DNA of 64,000 nt from an uncultured Candidatus Saccharibacteria bacterium (GCA_964600285.1 CAZRIZ010000001.1:188-64187); one strand, 5' to 3'; shown: positions 52,267 through 61,487, counted from the stretch's first letter. A program made the numbers and translations. The notes: generated from the letters alone by a model not told the origin.

Positions 52267-53268
52267 ATGAAAAAGACTAAAATTCTATTGATTTTCGGCG
52301 GCGAGTCAACTGAGCATGAAGTTTCGATTATGTCGGCCAAAAACGTCAATCAGGGCGTTGATAGAGAAAAATTTGATGTTAGACTAGCTTATATTAACAA
52401 GCAAGGTCACTGGTTTGCTACTGAAGAGGTGGCTCAAACTGATCAATCTCCTATGAAAATTGACTTAGTAGGGCGTGCTTTTTTGATTGGCGAAGTAACC
52501 TACCGACCAGACGTACTTCTGCCTGTTTTGCATGGTCAAAATGGCGAAGATGGCATGATTGCGGCTCTGGGACAATTACTCGGCATGCATGTTGTTGGCA
52601 GTGATATGACGGCTTCGGCTGTGTCTATGGACAAACTCTTGAGCAAGCAAATTGCTCAGTGGTATGATGTGCCGGTAGCGCCTTACGTGGCGGTGCGTGC
52701 TTATGATAACAAGCCGAAATTTGCTCAGTTAGCTAGCGATTTAGGTGAAGTCATCTTTGTTAAGCCGACCCGCGCTGGTAGCTCAGTTGGTGTTAGTAAG
52801 GTTACCGATCAAGCTAGTTTTGAAGTGGCTCTTGAGTTGGCTTTTCAGCACGACGATACGGTTTTAGTTGAAAAAGCCATGATTGGTCGTGAGTTAGAAG
52901 TTGCTGTTCTTGGCAAGGGGGCTGATTTGTCTATTAGCCCAGTCGGTGAAATTTTAGTTAGCGAAGAAGACGAGTTTTATTCTTATGAGGCTAAGTATTC
53001 TGATAATTCCAAAACCACTACGACAGTTTCAGCTAAGTTAGATCCAGAAACTGAAGCCAAGGTTCAAGCTATGGCAGAGGCGGTTTATCGGGGGCTACGC
53101 TGTGCTGGTTTGGCACGAGTTGACTTCTTTTTGGTTGACGGCCAGCCTTACTTCAACGAGATAAACACGCTCCCAGGATTCACCAATATCAGCATGTATC
53201 CAAAAATGATGGAAAACGGTGGTATCAGCCAGAAAGACTTAATCACCAAATTAATTGAAATAGCCTAG
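52267..53268 (+). CDS. ddl: D-alanine--D-alanine ligase
   Basis: ILLIFGGESTEHEVS...HGQNGEDG...ATP-grasp...EINTLPGFT. Confidence 0.93.
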   Translation: MKKTKILLIFGGESTEHEVSIMSAKNVNQGVDREKFDVRLAYINKQGHWFATEEVAQTDQSPMKIDLVGRAFLIGEVTYRPDVLLPVLHGQNGEDGMIAALGQLLGMHVVGSDMTASAVSMDKLLSKQIAQWYDVPVAPYVAVRAYDNKPKFAQLASDLGEVIFVKPTRAGSSVGVSKVTDQASFEVALELAFQHDDTVLVEKAMIGRELEVAVLGKGADLSISPVGEILVSEEDEFYSYEAKYSDNSKTTTTVSAKLDPETEAKVQAMAEAVYRGLRCAGLARVDFFLVDGQPYFNEINTLPGFTNISMYPKMMENGGISQKDLITKLIEIA

Positions 53269-53284
53269 AGTTTGTCTCAAAATT

Positions 53285-53315
53285 AAAACGAGGTCAATTT
53301 ATATGGCCTCGTTTT
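53285..53315. terminator. Bidirectional hairpin terminator
   Basis: AAAACGAGG-13 nt-CCTCGTTTT, with an A-run on one side and a T-run on the other. Confidence 0.55.
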
Positions 53316-53332
53316 AAGTAACTGGGCAAATA

Positions 53333-53497
53333 TTACGCCCTATAATTAACTCTTCTTCGCACAATCTTACTAATCATTAATATTCCAGCCATCGCTATGG
53401 TTCCAGCGATTAACGCAAGAGTAGCATTACCAGCTAAACCAGTCTGTAGCGGTAGTGGATTTCCCGCCCCAGTCCTTCTATAGACAAACCTAAACTC
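53333..53497 (-). pseudogene. Relic of a sortase-type C-terminal sorting signal, with no start codon
   Basis: The minus-strand frame is open from the in-frame TGA (53500-53498) to the TAA (53335-53333). It reads EFRFVYRRTGAGNPLPLQTGLAGNATLALIAGTIAMAGILMISKIVRRRVNYRA. That is an LPxTG-like motif, a hydrophobic helix and an RRR tail. No usable start codon is present, and it lies immediately downstream of mscL. Confidence 0.35.
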
Positions 53498-53518
53498 TCA
53501 TATATTTAAGTGCGCGAA

Positions 53519-53980
53519 CTATTTCTTTTTAGGGCTCTTGGTTTGTTTTTCTAGCAAATCACGAATTTCCAGTAGGGTCCCAAGTTCGGTCGCGGCTTTA
53601 ACTTTAACTTCCTCTTCTTCGGGTTTCTTTTTTCCTAAGTCAGTTAGGCGGTTAACGAACTTAATAGCAGTGAATATACAAAATGCGATAATCAAAAAAT
53701 CAAGCACATTTTGTAAAAAACTACCATAAGATAGCACAACTGGCGCCTTACCTTCGACATTGATGGTCCAGCTGAGCCCTGCTAGATTAGTGCCTCCTAG
53801 AACAATGCCAATTAAGGGCATAATAACGTCAGCTACAAGCGAACTGACGATTTTTCCGAATGCGCCACCGATGATAACACCGACCGCCATATCGATTACA
53901 TTGCCTTTAATGGCAAATTCTTTGAATTCTTGGATAAATTTCTTCACATCACCTCCATTTGTTTTCTTATTGTCTGCCAT
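53519..53980 (-). CDS. mscL: Large-conductance mechanosensitive channel MscL
   Basis: [40 protein letters not shown] is the canonical MscL N-terminus. A GGAGG RBS lies upstream. Confidence 0.92.
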   Translation of the reverse strand: MADNKKTNGGDVKKFIQEFKEFAIKGNVIDMAVGVIIGGAFGKIVSSLVADVIMPLIGIVLGGTNLAGLSWTINVEGKAPVVLSYGSFLQNVLDFLIIAFCIFTAIKFVNRLTDLGKKKPEEEEVKVKAATELGTLLEIRDLLEKQTKSPKKK

Positions 53981-54120
53981 GTACTAAAAACCTCCATTCA
54001 TTAATATGTAGTATAATACTAATATTCGAGAGAATAAAGAGGTTTGCTCTTTATTCCAAGAATTATGACGTATTACGCGGAACACAATAGCTTACATAAA
54101 ATTACGGAAGAGGAAAGAAT

Positions 54121-54765
54121 ATGGCGGAAACAACCAAAGGCCAAAGAATTGGCTATTCAATACTATTAATCGCACTACTTGGCGGAACAATCGGATCGTT
54201 TGTCTTGATGACTCATCAGGCACTAAACCCAGACTTGGACGATTTAGCTTCTAGGCAAGAGTTGACGGATTTGCAAAATGAACTGATGGATTATCAGGCT
54301 AAATTGACGACTTGGCAAAATAAATTAGTGGACAAATACTCGCCACTTTACATAGACGAGTTTAAGCAATACGAGAAGGCTAATTATGCCTTTAATGCCG
54401 AAAGTGTTAGTGAACTGACGACAAAAGACTTGAAAGAAGGCGACGGCGCAGTTTTGACCGAAGATAGTAAGTACCAGGCTTTTTATATTGGTTGGCTACC
54501 TGATGGAGAAGTCTTTGACAGTTCATTTAACGGAGATAAACTAAAAGCTCCACTCGAAGGCGGTAATTTAATTGAAGGTTGGAACGAAGGTGTTATCGGC
54601 ATGAAGATTGGTGGAGTGCGTGAGTTGACTATTCCTGCGGAAAAAGCTTATGGCGAGTCAGGTAGCGGTAGTATTCCAGCTAATTCACCAATTAAGTTTA
54701 TTGTAAAAATAATTCCAGAAATGACAGCCGAAGAGGCTGCTGAAAAACCAGTTTTCCAGCAATGA
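54121..54765 (+). CDS. FKBP-type peptidyl-prolyl cis-trans isomerase, membrane-anchored
   Basis: An N-terminal TM segment and a C-terminal FKBP domain (YIGWLPDGEVFDSSF...GWNEGVIGMKIGGVRELTIPAEKAYG). Confidence 0.85.
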   Translation: MAETTKGQRIGYSILLIALLGGTIGSFVLMTHQALNPDLDDLASRQELTDLQNELMDYQAKLTTWQNKLVDKYSPLYIDEFKQYEKANYAFNAESVSELTTKDLKEGDGAVLTEDSKYQAFYIGWLPDGEVFDSSFNGDKLKAPLEGGNLIEGWNEGVIGMKIGGVRELTIPAEKAYGESGSGSIPANSPIKFIVKIIPEMTAEEAAEKPVFQQ

Positions 54766-55706
54766 CAAGTAAAGTTTGGGACTTAATTATTGTCGGAGCC
54801 GGTCCAGCTGGCTTGTCAGCGGCTATTTACTCCGCCCGCGATGGGATTGACACCTTAGTTTTAGAGCGCGCTGTTATTGGTGGCAACGTGGCTTCAACTG
54901 AGAAATTGGATAACTTTCCTGGTTTTCCTGATGGCGTCAGTGGTCCAGATTTATCTGATAAAATGAAACTCCAGGCTCAGAAATACGGCGCTAAAATTGC
55001 CCTAGGAGAGGTAACGCGAGCTGATTTTTCTGGTGAAGTTAAAAAACTGGAGGTTGATGGTAGCGAGGAATTATTGGCTAGAAGCGTTTTACTTGCTACT
55101 GGCACGACTTATCGCAAGTTGGACGTGCCGGGCGAGGCTGAAATGCTCGGCCGAGGGGTACATTTTTGTGCTGTGTGCGATGCCGCTTTTTATAAAGACA
55201 AAAAAGTTGTTGTTATCGGCGGAGGAAATTCAGCAGTCGAAGAGTCTGTCTATATTGCCAAATATGCTAGCGAAATTGATCTGATTGCCTTGCGTAAGCT
55301 ATCGGCTTCTAAGGCTGTTTTGGACAAAATTGAGCCCTTAGTTCAGTCTGGTAAAATAAAAGTTCATGAATTTGAGAAAACTCTAGAAATTACAATCGAC
55401 TTTGATCGATTAACAGGAGTTAAAACTGAAAATACCGAAACTGGCAAGATTAGTCAATGGCCAGCTGATGGCGTATTTGTCTTTATCGGGCAAGTTCCAA
55501 ACACGGCCTGGCTAGAGGGTAGCGGAGTTGAGCTTTGTCCGATGAATTATGTTTTGGGTGAGAACAACCAAACTAACGTTCCTGGCGTGTTCGTGGCGGG
55601 TGATGTTCAGGCTTGGTCCAAGCAACAAGCGGCAGTGGCCTCGGGCGAGGGTGTCAGTGCCGAGATTGAAGTGCTAAAATATCTAAATAAGAAGACTAAA
55701 TTATAA
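54762..55706 (+). CDS. trxB: Thioredoxin-disulfide reductase
   Basis: GAGPAGLSAAIY, the redox CAVC motif and the GGGNSAVEE NADPH-binding site. Confidence 0.92.
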   Translation: MTSKVWDLIIVGAGPAGLSAAIYSARDGIDTLVLERAVIGGNVASTEKLDNFPGFPDGVSGPDLSDKMKLQAQKYGAKIALGEVTRADFSGEVKKLEVDGSEELLARSVLLATGTTYRKLDVPGEAEMLGRGVHFCAVCDAAFYKDKKVVVIGGGNSAVEESVYIAKYASEIDLIALRKLSASKAVLDKIEPLVQSGKIKVHEFEKTLEITIDFDRLTGVKTENTETGKISQWPADGVFVFIGQVPNTAWLEGSGVELCPMNYVLGENNQTNVPGVFVAGDVQAWSKQQAAVASGEGVSAEIEVLKYLNKKTKL

Positions 55707-55719
55707 AAAAAGGAGAGAG

Positions 55720-56250
55720 ATGGCAGATTTCAATAAGATTTTAGATGCAGGTGACTATAAAAATGGTGTTATTAATGTCGTTGTGGAAATTCCGATGGGC
55801 TCAAATCAGAAGATTGAGTGGGATCGCCGAGTTGGTGCATTCAAACTAGACCGCTTAGAGCCAGAGATTTTTGCAAAACCAACTAATTATGGCTTTATTC
55901 CGCAAACTCTCGATGAAGATGGTGACGAGTTAGACGTGCTTCTAATCACCGACAAGCCTCTAACGACCGGTATTTTTCTAGAAGCAAAGATTCTCGGTGT
56001 GATGAAGTTTGTCGATGATAGTGAGATTGACGATAAAATTATCGTTGTTCCGGCTGATAATCGTCAAACTGGCGATGCAGTTCAAACTTTGGAAGATTTG
56101 CCAAATCAACTAATCAAGCAAATCGAATTTCACTTCAATAACTATAAAGCCTTAAAGAAGCCAGGCTCTACCGTGGTTAAGTCGTTCGACGGTTTAGATG
56201 AGGCCAAGACTGTAATCGCTGATGCCATCAAGCGTTGGCAAAATCAATAA
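55720..56250 (+). CDS. ppa: Inorganic pyrophosphatase (family I)
   Basis: VVVEIPMGSNQKIEWD...YGFIPQTLDEDGDELDVLL...DDKII. Confidence 0.93.
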   Translation: MADFNKILDAGDYKNGVINVVVEIPMGSNQKIEWDRRVGAFKLDRLEPEIFAKPTNYGFIPQTLDEDGDELDVLLITDKPLTTGIFLEAKILGVMKFVDDSEIDDKIIVVPADNRQTGDAVQTLEDLPNQLIKQIEFHFNNYKALKKPGSTVVKSFDGLDEAKTVIADAIKRWQNQ

Positions 56251-56271
56251 TTAATTTTTTGGCACAAAGAG

Positions 56272-56299
56272 AAGACCTTGCTTGATGCAAGGTCTTTTT
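56272..56299. terminator. Intrinsic terminator between convergent genes
   Basis: AAGACCTTGC-TTGAT-GCAAGGTCTT followed by TTT. Confidence 0.7.
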
Positions 56300-56301
56300 A
56301 G

Positions 56302-56688
56302 TCAGCGGTTTGAATGACGCCTACGAACGTAAGCCTTGACCGCCTCGGTGGTGCTTTTGGCACGAGCTACCATATCGCTTTGTTTGACGCCACGGGGGAT
56401 TCCCGTTTTAGGCGTTGATCCCCTGACGGTGTTAAACCGCCTGGCGTCGAATGGCTGGCTGAACCCAATTAAGTATATGTCGGCAGGATGGCCCTCGTGC
56501 TCTTCGACCCAAGCGACGCGATAAATTGCTCCCTCCACCAGAACGTCTTCGCCGTCGTCTTCACCAGTATAACTTCTGCCATTATACTGCAACTTGAGGC
56601 CGTCGAACCCATAGTCCGACGATGACGTTTTGCCTCGGAATATTTTTGGTAAAACATTCCTAAACCACTCTTTAAGATTACTACCCAT
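56302..56688 (-). CDS. Hypothetical small protein (128 aa), GC-elevated
   Basis: GGAGGG RBS with a TTGATT...CATAAT promoter upstream. A hand count gives 35/60 G+C at 56341-56400. I recognise no family. Confidence 0.6.
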   Translation of the reverse strand: MGSNLKEWFRNVLPKIFRGKTSSSDYGFDGLKLQYNGRSYTGEDDGEDVLVEGAIYRVAWVEEHEGHPADIYLIGFSQPFDARRFNTVRGSTPKTGIPRGVKQSDMVARAKSTTEAVKAYVRRRHSNR

Positions 56689-56771
56689 GGTTTACCCTCC
56701 TTTTGTTACCGAGTGAGTATGTTCTAATTATGACATAATTAGGCAAAAAATCAAGAGGTAGCGGTCTAGGT

Positions 56772-58283
56772 TTATCTTTTAGTGCTTTTTATTCGAGGGC
56801 GAATCGGCGAGTCGGTTTTATTCAGCTGGCTCTTAAGTTTGTGCTTGGCATGTGAAGTGACGATTAAGTCCATCCAGTCGGGTTTTGGATTGACGGTTTT
56901 GCCAGTAATGACCTCAACAACGTCTCCGTTGACTAATTGTTGGTTGAATGGGGCGATTTTGTTGTTGATGCGAAATCCAGTAGCTCGCCCAGCGATTGTG
57001 CTGTGAACTGCGTAAGCAAAATCAAGCGGTAGGGCGTTGTTCGGTAGATTAAAGATGTCGCCCTTTGGCGAATAAACAAAAATGCGATCATTGAATAAAT
57101 CAATAGCTAATTGTGAAGCGTCGATATTCTCAGAGCCATCTTTTAATCTGGTTGCAACTTCTTGAAGCTCAGTAATCCAGTGCAGTGATACTGGTAGGCG
57201 ACTAACGTTTCTAGAGCGAGTGTAATTTTTGCTTAACTTCTGGTTGTTGTAATGAAAGCTAGCTGCCAAACCATGCTCAGCGAAATCATGCATGGCGTGA
57301 GTGCGAATTTGAAACTCAACAATCTGCTTATGTGGAGTTATGACGGTTGTGTGCAGACTCTGATATCCGTTAGCCTTCGGTACGGCTATGTAGTCTTTAA
57401 TGCGGTTTATCATTGGTTGATAGAGAGCGTGTAAAATTCCCAGTACGTGGTAACAGTCTTCTTTGTCGTCAACTAATACGCGCAAAGCTATTAAGTCATG
57501 AATATCGTCGATGTTTTCGTCTTTACGAACCATCTTTTTGTGGAGGGAGTAAATGCTTTTAATCCGTCCATTGATTTCAAATTTCAAGGAACTTTTCTTT
57601 AGTGCGTCGGCAACTTCTAGTTTAATTTTACCGAGTTTTCTGGTAGAGCGACTCAAATTTTTTCTGGTCAATTTTTGTAAATATTCATAGCGTTTTGGCT
57701 CCAAATAACTGAAGGCCAGATCTTCAATTTGGGTGCGAACCTGTCCCATACCAATTTGGTCAGCCATTGGACCAAAAACGTCGAGCGATTCGCGAGCAAT
57801 CTTTTGCTGTTTACTGGGGGATTTATATTGAAGTTCAGACAAATTGTGTAGCCGGTCGGCTAACTTGACGATGATAACTCGAATATCACTTGCTGTGGCG
57901 ATGAGTAGCTTTGCTAGGTTGTCGGTGGTCTGTGGTTTGTATTCACCCAAGTGTTTCATACCAGAGCGAGCGTGTCCAACTTTAGTCAAACCGTCGACTA
58001 GTCTGGCAATATTCTTGCCGAAGTCTTTTTGGATTTGGGCGAGCTCTATCTCAGTATCTTCTACAACGTCATGTAGTATGCCGGCTAGAACTGAATCGAG
58101 ATCCATACCCCAATCAACTAGCAACCCGGCAACGCTTAGGGGATGATCGACATATGGCTTGCCACTGTCTCGCAACTGACCTTCGTGAGCGTTGGTCGCT
58201 AGGTTGGCGGCACGCTTAAGTAGCTCTATGTCTTTGCTGGAATAAAGGGGTTTAACTTTTGCCACCAAATCTTTGGTTGTCAT
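56772..58283 (-). CDS. rel: RelA/SpoT-homolog (p)ppGpp synthetase/hydrolase, short (503 aa; HD, synthetase and TGS domains only)
   Basis: It has the HD motif (HDVVEDT), the synthetase region (RVLVDDKEDCYHVLGILH...GYQSLHT) and a TGS domain (IFVYSPKGDIFNLP...VNGDVVEVITGK). The protein ends about 40 aa after TGS. Confidence 0.9.
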   Translation of the reverse strand: MTTKDLVAKVKPLYSSKDIELLKRAANLATNAHEGQLRDSGKPYVDHPLSVAGLLVDWGMDLDSVLAGILHDVVEDTEIELAQIQKDFGKNIARLVDGLTKVGHARSGMKHLGEYKPQTTDNLAKLLIATASDIRVIIVKLADRLHNLSELQYKSPSKQQKIARESLDVFGPMADQIGMGQVRTQIEDLAFSYLEPKRYEYLQKLTRKNLSRSTRKLGKIKLEVADALKKSSLKFEINGRIKSIYSLHKKMVRKDENIDDIHDLIALRVLVDDKEDCYHVLGILHALYQPMINRIKDYIAVPKANGYQSLHTTVITPHKQIVEFQIRTHAMHDFAEHGLAASFHYNNQKLSKNYTRSRNVSRLPVSLHWITELQEVATRLKDGSENIDASQLAIDLFNDRIFVYSPKGDIFNLPNNALPLDFAYAVHSTIAGRATGFRINNKIAPFNQQLVNGDVVEVITGKTVNPKPDWMDLIVTSHAKHKLKSQLNKTDSPIRPRIKSTKR

Positions 58284-58368
58284 AGGGTAATTCTATCGGT
58301 TTTTGATTGAAAATGACAGAGGGCTTTGCTATTATAAGAGTAAATGCTAATGTTTAGTTAGGGGATGT

Positions 58369-59388
58369 ATGAAGAAGATTAGGCTCGGTATTAACGGTTT
58401 TGGCCGAATTGGGCGCAACGCTTTTAAGATTGCTTTTGACCGCCCAGATATTGATGTTGTGGCAATTAATGATTTAACAGATGTTGCGACTTTGGCTCAT
58501 CTTTTGAAGCACGATTCCACTTTTGGAACTTATGCACCTAAAGTTGAAGTTAAAGACGGCGATTTGACTGTTTCTGGAAGAAAAATTGCTATGTTGGCCG
58601 AGCCAGACGTAGCAAAGTTGGACTGGAAGAAACATGACGTCGATGTTGTTTTGGAGTGTACGGGTCGTTGGACAAAAACTACTGATGCGCGCAAGCATAT
58701 TTCGCGTGGTGGAGCTAGCAAGGTTGTGATTTCGGCACCATCGAAAGATGGTGAGATTAAGACAATTGTCTTGGGCGTTAACGAAGACCAATTGACCGAT
58801 AGTGATGACGTAGTCTCTTGTGCTAGTTGTACTACTAATTGCATTGCTCCAGTCATGTCGGTCTTAAACGATGTTTTCGGTATTAAGAAGGGTATGATGA
58901 CGACAGTCCATGCCTACACAGCGACTCAAGCTTTGCTTGACGGACCCGCAAAAGATTTACGCACGGCTCGCTCGGCGGCTGAGAATATTATCCCAACTAC
59001 AACTGGTGCTTCAAAGGCCGTGGCAGAAGTAATCCCGCCACTTGGTTCCGTTTTTGGTGGCATGAGTGTTCGCGTTCCCGTTCCAAATGTTTCACTCAGT
59101 GATTTGACTTTTATTCTGAAGAGAAACGTGACTGTTGAAGAAATAAACAAGGCTTTTAAGACCGCCGTAAAGGAACCATTCTATCAAGGAATTTTAGCAG
59201 TTACTGAAGAAGAATTAGTTTCGTCGGATTTTATTGGTCATCCAGCCAGCGCTATCGTAGATCTACCCTTGACGGCGGTGGTTGATGGCGACATGGTTAA
59301 GGTGGTGGCTTGGTATGATAATGAATGGGGCTACTCCAATCGCTTAGTCGAATTGGCTATTGAAGTTGGTCGAGGTATAAAGAAATAA
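58369..59388 (+). CDS. gap: Glyceraldehyde-3-phosphate dehydrogenase (type I)
   Basis: INGFGRIGR...SCTTNC...WYDNEWGYS. Confidence 0.95.
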   Translation: MKKIRLGINGFGRIGRNAFKIAFDRPDIDVVAINDLTDVATLAHLLKHDSTFGTYAPKVEVKDGDLTVSGRKIAMLAEPDVAKLDWKKHDVDVVLECTGRWTKTTDARKHISRGGASKVVISAPSKDGEIKTIVLGVNEDQLTDSDDVVSCASCTTNCIAPVMSVLNDVFGIKKGMMTTVHAYTATQALLDGPAKDLRTARSAAENIIPTTTGASKAVAEVIPPLGSVFGGMSVRVPVPNVSLSDLTFILKRNVTVEEINKAFKTAVKEPFYQGILAVTEEELVSSDFIGHPASAIVDLPLTAVVDGDMVKVVAWYDNEWGYSNRLVELAIEVGRGIKK

Positions 59389-59391
59389 GGA

Positions 59392-59859
59392 GTGAGTGTG
59401 GCAAAAGGTAGGGTATATATCGGTTACGATCACAACGGCTTCACTCTTAAGCCAGAAATCATTGCGTTTGTTAATAAGCTGGGCTATGAAATTGAGGATG
59501 TGGGTGGTAGGGTTTTAGACCCTGGTGATGACTTTCCAGAGTTTGCTGCGATTGCCGCCACCAAAGTGCTACTAGATCCAGACTCAAAAGCAATTTTGAT
59601 TTGTGGTGGTGGCCAGGGTATGTGCATGGCAGCGAATCGATTTAAGGGCATTCGGGCTAGTGTATTGTGGGACGCTTATGAGGCTAAAATGACTCGCAAC
59701 GACAATGACGCAAATATTTGTTGCTTACCTGGGCGGTTGATGTCAGGTCCAAAAAATATCAATCTTTGGCGGGATATTGTTCAAACCTTTTTAGAAACAC
59801 CTTTTGCTGGAGCAGTGAGATTTAAGCGCCGTAACGCGCAGATTGATGAGTTAAATTAA
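59392..59859 (+). CDS. rpiB: Ribose-5-phosphate isomerase B (RpiB/LacA/LacB family)
   Basis: GTG start. Motifs GYDHNGF...ILICGGGQGMCMAANRFKGIRA...NDANICCLPGR are present. Confidence 0.9.
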   Translation: MSVAKGRVYIGYDHNGFTLKPEIIAFVNKLGYEIEDVGGRVLDPGDDFPEFAAIAATKVLLDPDSKAILICGGGQGMCMAANRFKGIRASVLWDAYEAKMTRNDNDANICCLPGRLMSGPKNINLWRDIVQTFLETPFAGAVRFKRRNAQIDELN

Positions 59860-60513
59860 ATGAACGCTAGAGCGACCATCGTGCCAACAATATTAGTCGA
59901 CAACATGAAAAATTACGAGTCGGCAATTAAGCTAATTGGTGAATTTTCTAATCATATTCAAATTGATATTACCGATGGTCAATTTGCTACCAGCAAGACT
60001 GTGAAGCTAGATCAAGTCTTTTGGCCGAAGGACTGGATAGCTGACATACACATGATGGTAGAACAACCGAGTTTTTATGTTAAGACTCTAGTGCGTATGA
60101 AACCGAGCTTGGTAATTTTTCATGTTGAATCGCAGGACAACTTACTGCCGATTTTTGATGAGCTTAGGATGGCTGGAATCAAGGCCGGCGTGGCGCTTAT
60201 GCGATCTACCGTACCAGAAAGTGCAGAGGAAGTAATCAAGCAGGCCGACCACGTTTTAATCTTTGCTGGAGAGCTAGGTAAAATGGGTGGTGAGTCTAGT
60301 TTGTTACAAACTGAAAAGATTCGTTTAGTAAAGAAGATAAATCCTAACGCTGAGATTGGCTGGGATGGTGGTGCTAACGTTGACAATGCCTTTCTAATTT
60401 CTAGATCAGGCGCTGATGTGATAAACGTCGGCTCAGCTTTGGCATACGCTAATGATCCAAAAGCCGTCTACGATCAGTTGATAAATCAAGTTAACAAAAC
60501 GAGTGTCGTCTAA
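59860..60513 (+). CDS. rpe: Ribulose-phosphate 3-epimerase family protein (divergent)
   Basis: Aligned by eye to the Rpe motifs: IVPTIL (IAPSIL), IQIDITDGQF (vs hHhDhMDGHF), DIHMMV (DVHLMV), WDGGAN (VDGGVN) and NVGSA (VAGSA). Confidence 0.65.
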   Translation: MNARATIVPTILVDNMKNYESAIKLIGEFSNHIQIDITDGQFATSKTVKLDQVFWPKDWIADIHMMVEQPSFYVKTLVRMKPSLVIFHVESQDNLLPIFDELRMAGIKAGVALMRSTVPESAEEVIKQADHVLIFAGELGKMGGESSLLQTEKIRLVKKINPNAEIGWDGGANVDNAFLISRSGADVINVGSALAYANDPKAVYDQLINQVNKTSVV

Positions 60514-60515
60514 TC

Positions 60516-61487
60516 ATGGCAAAGTCGGGCGTCTTGGTTGTTGGAAATCTAGAACAAGATGTCTACTTGGCTCGAATTAGTGGTTTGTCACTAGTTTCAC
60601 AAGACGGTGGGCTTTATAATCAAATAAAAGTTGGTGCTGAGTTAATCGCAAATGAACGACGGTTCTTTAGTGGTGGTAGTGGTAGCAATATATCAGCTAC
60701 TCTGGCGAAGTGGGGTTTCCCCGTGACTGTTTTGGCGCCACTTGGTCAAGATGGGGCAGGTCAACAAATTTTGCGTGATTTAGATGGCGCTAATGTTGAC
60801 ACCACTTTAGCTCGAGTTTCAAGCGAGGTTGTTACTCCAACCAACTATCACCTTTATGATCATGGCACGGGCCGGCAGTCAGTTATTGGTTCGCTAGCCG
60901 ATTGGTCTTCGGTTGATATTACAGAAATAGATTTTACTGATTATGACTTTAAATGGGCTTACGTGTCTAGTAACGGTGGTGATTTTGATCTTTATGATAA
61001 ATTATTTTATAAGTTAAAATCAGCCGGGTGTAAGATTTTATTTAATCCGAGTGAGATTGAACTCGGTGATATAGAAAAATGTTGGGGCTTGTTCGAGGAC
61101 GTAGATATTTTACTGGTGAATCGAGCTGAGGCTGAGATGATTACCAAAGACACGACGCTTGAGGGCTCTGTGGTTAAGTTGACGAATTTTGTAAGTTTAG
61201 CCGTAATAACGGGTTCTGAAGACGGAGCAATTGTGTCTAATGGATCGTCAATTTGGCGCTCGGGAGTATATCAAAAAGTAGCCACAGTTGATCGGACTGG
61301 TGTCGGCGATGCTTTTGGCGTCGGCTTTTTAGCAAAATATATCACGACTGGCGATATCGCCTCGGCTATTATTCAAGGCGGAGCTAACGCTTCGTCGGTA
61401 ATTGGTCGTATGGGTGGTTGGGTTGGTGCTATTGAGTTTGATATTAAGCTTGATCAAATTGAGGTTCGCGAAAGGTCACTAAAATGA
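60516..61487 (+). CDS. PfkB-family carbohydrate kinase
   Basis: GGSGSNISATLAKWG... and the C-terminal DRTGVGDAFGVGF (DTxGAGD-type) motif. Confidence 0.8.
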   Translation: MAKSGVLVVGNLEQDVYLARISGLSLVSQDGGLYNQIKVGAELIANERRFFSGGSGSNISATLAKWGFPVTVLAPLGQDGAGQQILRDLDGANVDTTLARVSSEVVTPTNYHLYDHGTGRQSVIGSLADWSSVDITEIDFTDYDFKWAYVSSNGGDFDLYDKLFYKLKSAGCKILFNPSEIELGDIEKCWGLFEDVDILLVNRAEAEMITKDTTLEGSVVKLTNFVSLAVITGSEDGAIVSNGSSIWRSGVYQKVATVDRTGVGDAFGVGFLAKYITTGDIASAIIQGGANASSVIGRMGGWVGAIEFDIKLDQIEVRERSLK

